Shown piece by piece: positions 33,628-43,607 of a DNA stretch of 64,000 nt. How positions within the stretch are numbered: position 1 is the first letter of the stretch; each line of letters opens with the position of its first letter. The stretch lies in NCBI RefSeq assembly GCF_022846255.1, contig NZ_AP025682.1, one strand, 5' to 3'. The position numbers and the translations under genes are program-made. The stretch is from Escherichia coli (GTDB taxonomy: Bacteria; Pseudomonadota; Gammaproteobacteria; Enterobacterales; Enterobacteriaceae). The notes below the pieces were generated by a model. That model did not search any database and was not told the DNA's origin. It worked only from the letters and a program-made list of their open reading frames with translations.

Positions 33628-35120
33628 AATGTGTGCTCCTTGATGCGGGCGTGATAACCCTGAAGTGCGGCAATGAGATGTTGATAGCGTTGGTATTTTT
33701 GTTGGTAAAGCTGATGCGCGGCCATATCCGGCTGCAGGGTGCGTACCGGGTGTCGCAAGTCACGTTGGGCTTCGCTGAAATCGCGATAAACCCCGGTACC
33801 GACGCGGGCGGCAAGTGCCGCACCAAAGCAGCCGGTTTCTTCCACCTGCGGCAGCTCGATACGCAGACCGCTGACGTCCGCCAGCATTTGCATCCAGACA
33901 TCGGAGTGCGCCGGGCCGCCAGTGACGCGCAGGGTGTGCACATCAATAAAACGTTCGCGCATCCGGTTGAGATGGGTCATATGGCTGAACACCACCCCTT
34001 CATAGACAGCCTGTAAGAGGTGTGCACGGGTGTGAATGGCCTGCATCCCGTAGAAACCGCTGGTCATTTCGAGTCCGGCGTTGCTGCCGTACAGGAACGG
34101 CAGGAAAAAGAGATCGCCACCGGCTTTCGGCAAACTGGCAACGGCCTGATTAATCTCAGCAAATGAGATTTCTCCCCACTGTGCGGTAAACCATTCGAGA
34201 TTGCCGGAAGAGGTGGGGCTGGCTTCGTGAACGATAAATTGACCATCGTTAACGTAGCGACCATAGACATACGGATGCGCTTCACCGTCACGTAAACCGT
34301 GGGTTATGCCGCTGGTCACCGCCCAGGTCCCCATCACCGCATTGAGGGTGAATTCGTCTTCGAGCCCGGCGCAGAGTGCGGTGGAAACCACATCAAACAG
34401 GCCGCCGACAACGGGGGTACCTGCTTTCAGACCGGTCAGTACGGCTGTCTGAGCGGTGATTTCCCCGCAGATTTCGGCAGATCCGACAACAGGCGGCAGG
34501 GCGTGATTGATTTCAGCAATCCCCAGCCAGTCGGTAAGGCACGGGTCATATTCCCCGCGACTCATGTTGTAGAGATTGGACTCAGAAATATTGCTCTCTT
34601 CGCAACCTTTGACGCCGGTTAAACACCAGCGCAGGTAGTCGTGCGTCATCATCACGCAGCCAATTTGCGCGTAGCGTTCTGGTTCGTGCTCTTTCAGCCA
34701 GCGTAACAGCGACACCGGATGCCCGGTCCATAAGGTTTGTCGGGTCAGCGGATAGAGTTTTTCCGGGATGCCATCTTCCTGCCAGCGACGAACGATTTCC
34801 ATCGCCCGGCGATCCGAGGACAAAATGGCGTTACCGAGCGGTTTGTCGTTTTTATCAAGTAGAAATAAGCCCTTTCCCTGCGCGGAGATGCCGATACCGA
34901 CAATTTGTTCCCCGCTGACGCCGGAATGGGTAAGCAGGGCGCGAATGACAGCAGTGCAACATTGCCACAGTTCTGCCATGTCGCGCTCTGCCCAGCCTGG
35001 CTGTGGACTTAATGCGCACAGCGGCAGGCGCTGCACGCCCGCCTCCCGGCCTTCTCGGTCATACAGCCCGGCTTTCAGCCAGCTACCGCCACAATCTAAC
35101 CCCAGCCAGTATTGCGTCAT
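33624..35120 (-). CDS. lyxK: L-xylulose / 3-keto-L-gulonate kinase LyxK (498 aa)
   Basis: MTQYWLGLDCGGSWLKAGLYDREGREAGVQRLPLCALSPQPGWAERDMAELWQ... (FGGY sugar kinase). Confidence 0.95.
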   Translation of the reverse strand: MTQYWLGLDCGGSWLKAGLYDREGREAGVQRLPLCALSPQPGWAERDMAELWQCCTAVIRALLTHSGVSGEQIVGIGISAQGKGLFLLDKNDKPLGNAILSSDRRAMEIVRRWQEDGIPEKLYPLTRQTLWTGHPVSLLRWLKEHEPERYAQIGCVMMTHDYLRWCLTGVKGCEESNISESNLYNMSRGEYDPCLTDWLGIAEINHALPPVVGSAEICGEITAQTAVLTGLKAGTPVVGGLFDVVSTALCAGLEDEFTLNAVMGTWAVTSGITHGLRDGEAHPYVYGRYVNDGQFIVHEASPTSSGNLEWFTAQWGEISFAEINQAVASLPKAGGDLFFLPFLYGSNAGLEMTSGFYGMQAIHTRAHLLQAVYEGVVFSHMTHLNRMRERFIDVHTLRVTGGPAHSDVWMQMLADVSGLRIELPQVEETGCFGAALAARVGTGVYRDFSEAQRDLRHPVRTLQPDMAAHQLYQQKYQRYQHLIAALQGYHARIKEHTL

Positions 35121-35123
35121 GGT

Positions 35124-36110
35124 TTATTGCACCTCATCCACGGCTTTCAGCAGATCAGCACCCTGCGGAACATCTTTAACAAACATGTCACGGACCTGGG
35201 TACCCAGCGTATCGCTAAAGGCTTTGCGGTCGAGATCGGTGATGACTTCCACGCCCGCTTCTTTCATACCGTCGATGATTTTTTGCTGATCTTCGGCGAC
35301 CAGTTTGCGCTGATAGCTACCCGCTTCCTGTGCAGATGAGATCAGTGCTTGCTGGAACTCCGGGGTTAAGCCATCAAACTTCGCTTTGTTGATCACCACC
35401 AGAAGCGGCGAATAGGCGTGATGGGTCAGAGAAAGGTACTTCTGCACTTCATAAAATTTTGCTGACCAGACGACGTTGATCGGGTGTTCCTGAGCGTCGA
35501 TAGTGCGGGTTTCCAGCCCGGTATAGACTTCGGCAAACGGCATCGGGATCGGGTTAGCGCCAAAAACTTTAAATGCAGCGATATTCATCGGGCTGTTGTT
35601 GGTGCGGATTTTCAACCCTTTCAGGTCGGCAGGCGTTTTGACCGGTGCACGCGAGTTGGTGACATCGCGCCAGCCGTTTTCCCAGTAGGCCAGTACTTTC
35701 AGCCCCTTACCTTCAAGGGAGACTTTCAGGTCATCACCGACTTTGCCGTCGAGCGTTTTATGCGCGTGAGCGGTATCGCGGAACAGGAACGGGACATCGA
35801 GCAGGTTGATGACGGGCGAGAGTCCCGTAAAGTTGTTAGAGCCAGACATCTCCATATCAATAGTGCCGCCACGCACGCCGCTGATCATCGCCTGCGCATT
35901 ACCAAGGGTGCTATCCGGGAACAGTTTTAATTTCAGTTCGCCTTTGGTTTTTTCCTGCAGTAATTCATTAAATTTTTTCGCCGCAATATGTTGTGAATCG
36001 GTTTGTGAGGTTTCATAACCGAAACGTAATGATTGTGCCGCCAGAGAAGATGTGCTGAACGTCGCCACTCCGGCAATTAATAAAGCGTAGGTTACAGAAC
36101 GTAATTTCAT
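35124..36110 (-). CDS. yiaO: TRAP transporter substrate-binding protein YiaO (328 aa)
   Basis: MKLRSVTYALLIAGVATFSTSSLAAQSLRFGYETSQTDSQHIAAKKFNELLQEKTKGELKLKLFPDSTLGNAQAMISGVRGGTIDM... Confidence 0.95.
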   Translation of the reverse strand: MKLRSVTYALLIAGVATFSTSSLAAQSLRFGYETSQTDSQHIAAKKFNELLQEKTKGELKLKLFPDSTLGNAQAMISGVRGGTIDMEMSGSNNFTGLSPVINLLDVPFLFRDTAHAHKTLDGKVGDDLKVSLEGKGLKVLAYWENGWRDVTNSRAPVKTPADLKGLKIRTNNSPMNIAAFKVFGANPIPMPFAEVYTGLETRTIDAQEHPINVVWSAKFYEVQKYLSLTHHAYSPLLVVINKAKFDGLTPEFQQALISSAQEAGSYQRKLVAEDQQKIIDGMKEAGVEVITDLDRKAFSDTLGTQVRDMFVKDVPQGADLLKAVDEVQ

Positions 36111-36122
36111 TATGATTTCCTT

Positions 36123-37400
36123 TTAACTCATCCATTTAAGAGGAGCGGTAATGAGCTCCGGTATAAAAATAAATAATGCTAACAACATGAATAAAACCAT
36201 GACGTAAGGCGCAACGCCTTTTACCGCATCGTCAAATTTAAGTTTCGCCACGCCGCATACCACGTTAAGAACATTACCGACTGGAGGCGTAATCAGTGAT
36301 ATTGAACAGTTGATAATAAACATGATGCCGAAATAGACCGGATCTATTCCCGCTTCTTTCACTAATGGCATTAATACTGGTGTAAGAATTAATACGGTAG
36401 GCGTTAAGTCCATGACCGTACTGATCACCATAATAGCGAGCATAATGACGATGAATAATAAGCGAGGCGAATCAACCAACGGTTGTAATAGCTCCGATAC
36501 CATCATGGGTAATTCGGCGATCGTAATAAGCCATGCAGATACCGCAGCAGAGGCCACCAGGAACATCACCACGGATGTGGTTTTTGCCGCGTTAATCAGC
36601 ACATGATAAAGCGTGGAGAAGGTCATCTCGCGATAGACCACCACCGAGACGAACAGAGCGTAGAAGGCGGCAACCGCGCCTGCTTCGGTCGGTGTAAATA
36701 ACCCCGAACGGAAACCGCCAATAATAATTATCGGTAAAAAGAGCGCCCAAATACCGGAAACTAAGGATTGCCAGACTTCTCGCAGTGAGGCTTTCGGCTG
36801 ACAAGGTAAATTCAGTCGTTTTGCCTGCCACCACCAGGTAACCATCAGCGTGACGCCCATCATGATGCCTGGCGCAATGCCCGCCATAAACAGTTTGCTG
36901 ATGGAGAGTCCGCTGGAGACGCCGAAGATAATGAGTGGTATGGAAGGCGGGATAATGGCCGCAATAATCCCCCCGGAACCGATAAGCCCGGCGGCGCGGT
37001 TTACCGGATAGTTGGCCTGGCGCATCATCGGCACCAGCAGCGCCGCGACAGCTGCGGTATCAGCAACCGCAGAACCGGACAGGCTTGCCATGATCATCGC
37101 TGCCAGCACGCCCACGTAACCCAGACCGCCTGGCCTGTGGCCTACCAGTTTCATTGGCAAGTCGACGATACGTTGCGACAGGCCGCCCGCGTTCATGAGC
37201 TCACCCGCCAGTACAAAGAAGGGGATGGCTAACAGGGAGAAGCTGTCTGCGCCATTTACCAACGTTTGTGCCAGAATTTGCACATCAAAGATATCCATCC
37301 AGAACATCAATGAAATGCCGCACAGTAATAATGCCCAGGCGATGGGAACGCCAATTGCGATAGCCCCTAACAAACTGACAATAAATATAAGGATTGTCAT
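36123..37400 (-). CDS. yiaN: TRAP transporter large permease YiaN (425 aa)
   Basis: MTILIFIVSLLGAIAIGVPIAWALLLCGISLMFWMDIFDVQILAQTLVNGADSFSLLAIPFFVLAGELMN...; the track ORF is extended upstream, start at the ATG at 37398-37400. Confidence 0.93.
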   Translation of the reverse strand: MTILIFIVSLLGAIAIGVPIAWALLLCGISLMFWMDIFDVQILAQTLVNGADSFSLLAIPFFVLAGELMNAGGLSQRIVDLPMKLVGHRPGGLGYVGVLAAMIMASLSGSAVADTAAVAALLVPMMRQANYPVNRAAGLIGSGGIIAAIIPPSIPLIIFGVSSGLSISKLFMAGIAPGIMMGVTLMVTWWWQAKRLNLPCQPKASLREVWQSLVSGIWALFLPIIIIGGFRSGLFTPTEAGAVAAFYALFVSVVVYREMTFSTLYHVLINAAKTTSVVMFLVASAAVSAWLITIAELPMMVSELLQPLVDSPRLLFIVIMLAIMVISTVMDLTPTVLILTPVLMPLVKEAGIDPVYFGIMFIINCSISLITPPVGNVLNVVCGVAKLKFDDAVKGVAPYVMVLFMLLALFIFIPELITAPLKWMS

Positions 37401-37402
37401 CG

Positions 37403-37870
37403 TCAGGCTCCTTGTTGGTTTCGGCTGGGGGTATTTGTGAACTGCCGGTATAAGTGACGCAATTCCAGCAATGCGATAATCAGACTGGTGGGGATAGCGG
37501 CGGCGTACATTAAGCCAACGGGGACGCCAAGAATGGGCGATAAGTTGCTCCAGTCTTGCGCTGTTTTTTCTATAGCGCCCCAGGCCAGCCCCAGACACAG
37601 CAATAAAATGAGCGTATGGGTTAGCAGCGAAACACGTTGTTGATTAGCCGGTGAGAGTTTTTCGACTAAAAAAGTAACCTGCACATGGCTGTTGTCCATA
37701 TAAGCAACGATTGCGCCAATAAAGGTTAACCAGACAAATAAAAGTCGGGATAATTCATCAATCGATAATATACTTGTGTGGAATCCATATCGAAGAATAA
37801 TATTAATAAAAATAATACAAGACAGTATTGCGATGATGATCGCAAGAATGCCTTCGAGTATCCGTTTCAT
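37403..37870 (-). CDS. yiaM: TRAP transporter small permease YiaM (about 155 aa)
   Basis: [72 protein letters not shown]... Confidence 0.92.
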   Translation of the reverse strand: MKRILEGILAIIIAILSCIIFINIILRYGFHTSILSIDELSRLLFVWLTFIGAIVAYMDNSHVQVTFLVEKLSPANQQRVSLLTHTLILLLCLGLAWGAIEKTAQDWSNLSPILGVPVGLMYAAAIPTSLIIALLELRHLYRQFTNTPSRNQQGA

Positions 37871-37983
37871 AACGAGTCCTTCTGGTTATGCAATATTTTT
37901 TATGCGCTAATGTTGTTAATATTCGTAATAATTATCAGAAAACGGCTAATTAGATATTCAAAGTGATATATAAATGGTTCTGT

Positions 37984-38904
37984 TTAACGAGATTCATTCA
38001 GAGAGTGAATGCCGTTGCGTAATATTTCGATGCGATGGTGCACATCAGCCGTCGCATTTATTTCCAGTAGCTTGATCCCAGCAAAATGCAATGTTGACGA
38101 TTCTGCTACATTAAATAACTCGCGAACATGATCTGTGGTCATCAGGCTTTCTGCGCAGAATGGTGCAAACGGTGCGTGTAAATCCTGCCATTCGCCGTAT
38201 GCCCCGTTTAGCGTCGTACCAGAGAACATTAACGCGCCGAGTTTTCCGGCTTGTTTCGCCATTTGGGTGTGGGCCAGCGGCAGCGTTGTATTGCGCCCTT
38301 CAATGGCAGAGCGCGCCCAGTTGATACAGATGCTGATGTCATAATCGGTAATAACTTCCAGCACATTTTCTAAAGGCAAAAAGCCTTTTCGGGGGGAAGA
38401 AGATGTCATGGCGTCGCAGTGTTCCAGCACCAGCTTGCACGGCCAGTCCCAACTGGCGATTTCTTTCAATGAGTGGGCAAAAGCGTCCGTCGCCTGCATA
38501 ACATTAGGATTCGTTGCTAACGGTGCAGCCTGGAGCTCCAGTGCGAGCACTTTATTAGCCTGCAATGCGTTGATTTTATTGAACAGGTGGCGATAGTACG
38601 CCACGCAGGCCTGGCGCTGTTCTTCATCACTGGAGGCGAGACCAAACCCGCTGTTTTCGCTGCGGCGACGCATGGTTTCCATCACTGCGGTGACGACAAA
38701 TTTCCAGCTCTCTGGCGTATGACGGAGTAACCATTGATCGCCCAGCGGGTGAAAATTTTCCAGGCAAGGTTGTTCCAGCCCCAAAATGTCTGGAGTCTCA
38801 GATAATTGTCGCCAGAAATCCTTCTCTTCCTCTTCACTTCTTTGGTGAAAAGAAGGTGCACAGGGATACGCGCCGATAATATAACCGGCATTATTCGTTT
38901 TCAT
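37984..38904 (-). CDS. Uncharacterised 306-aa protein inside the yiaK-sgbE operon, between yiaL and yiaM; no confident family assignment
   Basis: Uninterrupted ORF starting [60 protein letters not shown]... with GGAG 8 nt upstream of the ATG; 22 bp downstream of yiaL, same strand; no signal peptide or transmembrane segment evident; not part of the K-12 operon as I recall it. Confidence 0.75.
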   Translation of the reverse strand: MKTNNAGYIIGAYPCAPSFHQRSEEEEKDFWRQLSETPDILGLEQPCLENFHPLGDQWLLRHTPESWKFVVTAVMETMRRRSENSGFGLASSDEEQRQACVAYYRHLFNKINALQANKVLALELQAAPLATNPNVMQATDAFAHSLKEIASWDWPCKLVLEHCDAMTSSSPRKGFLPLENVLEVITDYDISICINWARSAIEGRNTTLPLAHTQMAKQAGKLGALMFSGTTLNGAYGEWQDLHAPFAPFCAESLMTTDHVRELFNVAESSTLHFAGIKLLEINATADVHHRIEILRNGIHSLNESR

Positions 38905-38926
38905 TATGTGCTCCAGTAATCATTTT

Positions 38927-39394
<468 letters not shown>

Positions 39395-39402
39395 TTATCT
39401 CC

Positions 39403-40401
39403 TTATAACGCCTGGATTTTTGCCCACACGCTGTCATCAACGGTAATACCGTTACGGCGGTTTTCTGCCAGCAGGGTAGTAAATTCGTGGCCGGGTAAAC
39501 GAATAGCCTGGTTTTCGTCAGCACGCTCGGCACTGGTAACGTAATCCATGATGCGTTGCAGTTTGGCATCGCGGATGGGACCGTCGATAAGCTTGTCCAC
39601 TTCAATGGCAATAAAAATTTGTGAAATGCCGTATTCGTCGCTGTTGTCCTCGGTGACTTCGGCAACCGATGCGCCGTCAGAAAGGAGGGTAGCGATCATA
39701 TCCAGCACAATCGACATGCCCGAACCTTTCCAGTAGCCCATCGGCAAAATGCGGCGATTTTTCTCGATAACGCCAGGTTCTTTGGTCAAATTGCCCTCAT
39801 CATCAAAGCCACCATCTACCGGGAGCTGACGACCAGCCAGGCGATTAACTTCTAACATGCCGTAAGAGAACATCGACATCGACATATCGACCATGGTGAT
39901 CGGCGTGGAAGGAATGGCGACGATCAGCGGGTTGGTGCCGATGCGACACTCTTTTGCACCCCACGGTGGCATTACGGCGATGGAGTTGGTCCAGCAAATG
40001 CCAATATAGCCTTTTTCCGCCGCCTGCCAGCCGTAGCTGCCGCCGCGCATCCAGTGGTTGGCATTACGTAGTGCCACCAGACCAATACCGTGATCGGCAG
40101 CCAGTTCAATGGCGCGATCCATCATCTTTTTCGCTGTCAGGTTACCGATCGAACGCTGGGCGTCCCACTGTTCAATTGCGCCGAGGCTGGTTATACGTTT
40201 GGGTTGGGCATCAGGAATGATATCGCCGTTTTCCAGTTGTTGAATGAAACGAGGGAAACGATTAACGCCGTGAGAATAAACGCCGGATTCGGTGGTGCGG
40301 GCGAACATCTCTGCACAGGCGTCAGCCGTTTCGTTGTCAACGCCGCGTGAAATTAAGACCCGATTAAAGGCTGCTTTTAACTGCTCAAATGTCACTTTCA
40401 T
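39403..40401 (-). CDS. yiaK: 2,3-diketo-L-gulonate reductase YiaK (332 aa)
   Basis: [96 protein letters not shown]... Confidence 0.96.
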   Translation of the reverse strand: MKVTFEQLKAAFNRVLISRGVDNETADACAEMFARTTESGVYSHGVNRFPRFIQQLENGDIIPDAQPKRITSLGAIEQWDAQRSIGNLTAKKMMDRAIELAADHGIGLVALRNANHWMRGGSYGWQAAEKGYIGICWTNSIAVMPPWGAKECRIGTNPLIVAIPSTPITMVDMSMSMFSYGMLEVNRLAGRQLPVDGGFDDEGNLTKEPGVIEKNRRILPMGYWKGSGMSIVLDMIATLLSDGASVAEVTEDNSDEYGISQIFIAIEVDKLIDGPIRDAKLQRIMDYVTSAERADENQAIRLPGHEFTTLLAENRRNGITVDDSVWAKIQAL

Positions 40402-40601
40402 CCCAGGCTTCCTTGTTTTTTTGATCGCTTTTTTGGCTTAAAATTTCAATATACGAAACTTGATTTCAAATATATCGATCACTTTTTAACAAAGCAATCT
40501 GATTGATGAATTTCAAAAAACTTAAAAATCAAGTGGTTATAAATTATCTGTCGAGATCGTGAACTACGGCACACTTTGCGCTACCATCAGGACGCGACAA
40601 A

Positions 40602-41450
40602 ATGGGGAAAGAAGTGATGGGAAAAAAAGAGAACGAGATGGCGCAGGAAAAAGAGCGCCCAGCCGGAAGCCAGAGTCTGTTTCGTGGGTTGATGCTGATT
40701 GAGATTTTGAGCAACTATCCAAACGGTTGTCCGTTGGCGCATCTTTCGGAGCTGGCTGGTTTAAATAAGAGTACCGTCCATCGCTTATTGCAGGGATTAC
40801 AGTCCTGCGGCTATGTGACCACCGCGCCCGCCGCAGGGAGTTATCGCCTGACCACCAAATTTATTGCCGTCGGGCAGAAGGCGCTATCTTCGCTGAATAT
40901 CATTCATATCGCCGCTCCGCATCTTGAGGCTCTGAACATCGCCACTGGTGAAACTATTAACTTCTCCAGCCGCGAAGACGATCACGCTATTTTGATTTAT
41001 AAGCTGGAACCCACAACCGGGATGCTGCGAACCCGTGCCTATATAGGCCAGCATATGCCGCTCTACTGTTCCGCAATGGGCAAGATCTACATGGCGTTTG
41101 GTCACCCGGACTACGTGAAGTCATACTGGGAAAGCCATCAGCATGAGATCCAGCCGTTAACCCGCAATACCATTACCGAGCTGCCCGCGATGTTCGACGA
41201 ACTGGCGCACATTCGTGAAAGTGGAGCGGCGATGGACAGAGAAGAAAACGAACTCGGCGTCTCCTGTATTGCTGTTCCGGTGTTTGATATTCATGGGCGG
41301 GTGCCGTACGCCGTGTCGATTTCGCTTTCGACATCACGTCTGAAACAGGTGGGAGAGAAAAATCTCCTGAAACCACTTCGTGAAACCGCGCAGGCTATTT
41401 CTAATGAACTGGGATTTACTGTCAGGGACGACCAGGGCGCGATCACATAA
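40602..41450 (+). CDS. yiaJ: IclR-family transcriptional repressor YiaJ (282 aa)
   Basis: MGKEVMGKKENEMAQEKERPAGSQSLFRGLMLIEILSNYPNGCPLAHLSELAGLNKSTVHRLLQGLQSCGYVTTAPAAGSYRLTTKFIAVG...; divergent from yiaK. Confidence 0.95.
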   Translation: MGKEVMGKKENEMAQEKERPAGSQSLFRGLMLIEILSNYPNGCPLAHLSELAGLNKSTVHRLLQGLQSCGYVTTAPAAGSYRLTTKFIAVGQKALSSLNIIHIAAPHLEALNIATGETINFSSREDDHAILIYKLEPTTGMLRTRAYIGQHMPLYCSAMGKIYMAFGHPDYVKSYWESHQHEIQPLTRNTITELPAMFDELAHIRESGAAMDREENELGVSCIAVPVFDIHGRVPYAVSISLSTSRLKQVGEKNLLKPLRETAQAISNELGFTVRDDQGAIT

Positions 41451-41551
41451 CCCTTTGGACAAGTGCCAAAACTTTAACATTTCCTTCGTTGGATCAAAGC
41501 AGTAGGGACGCGCTCTCTGGCACTCTGCTGTTTTAGTGCAAAGGAGTGATC

Positions 41552-42025
41552 ATGAACCGGTTTATTATTGCGGATGCGACGAAATGTATCGGTTGCCGTA
41601 CCTGTGAAGTGGCTTGCGCAGTGTCGCATCAGGAGAATCAGGATTGCGCTGCGTTGTCACCAGACGAGTTTATTTCCCGTATTCGTGTCATTAAAGACCA
41701 CAGCTGGACCACGGCAGTAGCCTGTCATCAGTGTGAAGATGCACCGTGCGCGAATGTCTGCCCTGTTGACGCGATAAGCCGCGAACATGGGCATATTTTC
41801 GTTGAACAATCACGTTGCATTGGCTGTAAAAGCTGTATGCTGGCTTGCCCGTTTGGTGCGATGGAGGTCGTTTCTTCGCGCAAAAAGGCGAGGGCGATTA
41901 AGTGCGATCTGTGCTGGCATCGGGCGACGGGACCGGCCTGTGTTGAAGCCTGCCCGACAAAGGCGTTGCAGTGCATGGATGTCGAGAAAGTGCAGCAGCA
42001 TCGGCTACGGCAGCAGCCTGTTTGA
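41552..42025 (+). CDS. ysaA: 4Fe-4S ferredoxin-type protein YsaA (157 aa)
   Basis: MNRFIIADATKCIGCRTCEVACAVSHQENQ... with several CxxCxxCxxxCP cluster motifs. Confidence 0.93.
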   Translation: MNRFIIADATKCIGCRTCEVACAVSHQENQDCAALSPDEFISRIRVIKDHSWTTAVACHQCEDAPCANVCPVDAISREHGHIFVEQSRCIGCKSCMLACPFGAMEVVSSRKKARAIKCDLCWHRATGPACVEACPTKALQCMDVEKVQQHRLRQQPV

Positions 42026-42072
42026 AACGTTTTTCCGGCGTTTCTCAACGCAGGGATAGTGCGCTTTGTTTA

Positions 42073-42173
42073 TGCCGGATGCGGCTAAAACGCCTTATCC
42101 GGCCTACAAATTCTACCAAATTCAATATATTGCAGAAATCATGTAGGCCTGATAAGCGTAGCGCATCAGGCAA
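42073..42173. repeat. Pair of REP elements between ysaA and avtA
   Basis: tgccggatgcggctaaaacgccttatccggcctaca and the inverted copy tgtaggcctgataagcgtagcgcatcaggcaa. Confidence 0.85.
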
Positions 42174-42176
42174 TTT

Positions 42177-43430
42177 TTAGTGACTTTCAGCCCAGGCTCT
42201 TTCTATCTCTTCCGCCAGAATCTTCACACCCGCCCCAATTTTCTCCGGCTCTGGTACGTAGTTCATGCGCATACATTGATGCGTATGCGGCCACGGTTTA
42301 TCCAGTCCCGGGAAGAAGTTGTGCCCCGGCACCATCAGCACGCCGCGTGCTTTCAGGCGCTGGTAGAGCTGCTCGGTCGTAATGGGCAAATCCTTAAACC
42401 ATAGCCAGAGGAAAATGGCTCCTTCCGGTTTATGAATCAGGCAGCGATCTTCCGGTAAATAGCGGCGAATGATGGCGATAGTTTCCTGAACACGCTGGTA
42501 GTAAAACGGTTTGATGACTGTTTCAGACAGGCGCAGCAGATCGTTACGCTTAATCATTTCACACATCATCGCCGGACCAATACCGCCAGGTGCCAGACTG
42601 ATAATGCCGTTCATATTGGTGATGGCGGTGATGATTTTTTCATTGGCGATGATAATGCCGCAGCGGGAGCCAGGTAGCCCCAGCTTGGAAAGACTCATGC
42701 ACAGCACGATATTCGGATTCCATAGCGGGCGCGCTTCGCTGAAGATGATACCCGGGAACGGGACGCCATAAGCGTTATCAATCACCAGCGGAATACCGTG
42801 TTGATTCGCCAGCGCGTCAAGCTTCAGCAACTCTTCGTCAGTAATCACATTGCCTGTTGGATTCGTCGGCCGGGAGACGCAAATCATCCCGGTTTCTTCG
42901 CCAATATGCAGATGCTCAAAATCGACGTGGTATTTAAACTGGCCTTCCGGCAGCAGTTCAATATTCGGACGCGCAGAGATAAACAGATCTTCTTCCAGTC
43001 CGGCGTCAGCGTAGCCAATGTATTCCGGTGCCAGCGGGAACAGCACTTTTTTGACCCGACCATCGGCACGGCGTCCGGCAAACAGATTAAATAAGTAGAA
43101 AAACGCGCTCTGGCTGCCGTTTGTTAGTGCAATATTCTGTGGTTCGATATCCCAACCCAACTTCTCGTGCAGCATTCCGGCAAGCAGTGTGAGTAGCTCC
43201 GTTTTCCCCTGTGGACCGTCATAATTGCACAGTGCATCAGTCGCTTTGCCACTTTCCAGCATGTCGGTCAGTAGCGTCTGGAAGTAGTCCTGCATTTCAG
43301 GGATCTGCGCCGGATTACCGCCGCCGAGCATAATCGCGCCAGGCGTGCGTAAACCGTCGTTCAGATCTTCCATCAGCAGCGTAATGCCGGAGTGGCGGGT
43401 AAATTTGTCACCAAAAAGGGAGAATGTCAT
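42177..43430 (-). CDS. avtA: Valine-pyruvate aminotransferase AvtA (417 aa)
   Basis: MTFSLFGDKFTRHSGITLLMEDLNDGLRTPGAIMLGGGNPAQIPEMQDYFQTLLTDMLESGKATDALCNYDGPQGKTEL...; the track start is a TTG, the ATG at 43428-43430 gives the known length. Confidence 0.95.
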   Translation of the reverse strand: MTFSLFGDKFTRHSGITLLMEDLNDGLRTPGAIMLGGGNPAQIPEMQDYFQTLLTDMLESGKATDALCNYDGPQGKTELLTLLAGMLHEKLGWDIEPQNIALTNGSQSAFFYLFNLFAGRRADGRVKKVLFPLAPEYIGYADAGLEEDLFISARPNIELLPEGQFKYHVDFEHLHIGEETGMICVSRPTNPTGNVITDEELLKLDALANQHGIPLVIDNAYGVPFPGIIFSEARPLWNPNIVLCMSLSKLGLPGSRCGIIIANEKIITAITNMNGIISLAPGGIGPAMMCEMIKRNDLLRLSETVIKPFYYQRVQETIAIIRRYLPEDRCLIHKPEGAIFLWLWFKDLPITTEQLYQRLKARGVLMVPGHNFFPGLDKPWPHTHQCMRMNYVPEPEKIGAGVKILAEEIERAWAESH

Positions 43431-43607
43431 AGCGGGATATCTGTCGAACTCTGTAGCAAGGAAGGTAACAATAACGCTACATTTGCTGGGGTGCAAATCG
43501 GTCTGTTGAAGAGTGAGCGGTGCTTTATCCTGCAATGCTGATTAGGGCTGACATTTTATCCTGGTTGGCGGCTTCCCGAGGTACTCACGAACGGGAAGCC
43601 GGAAAAG

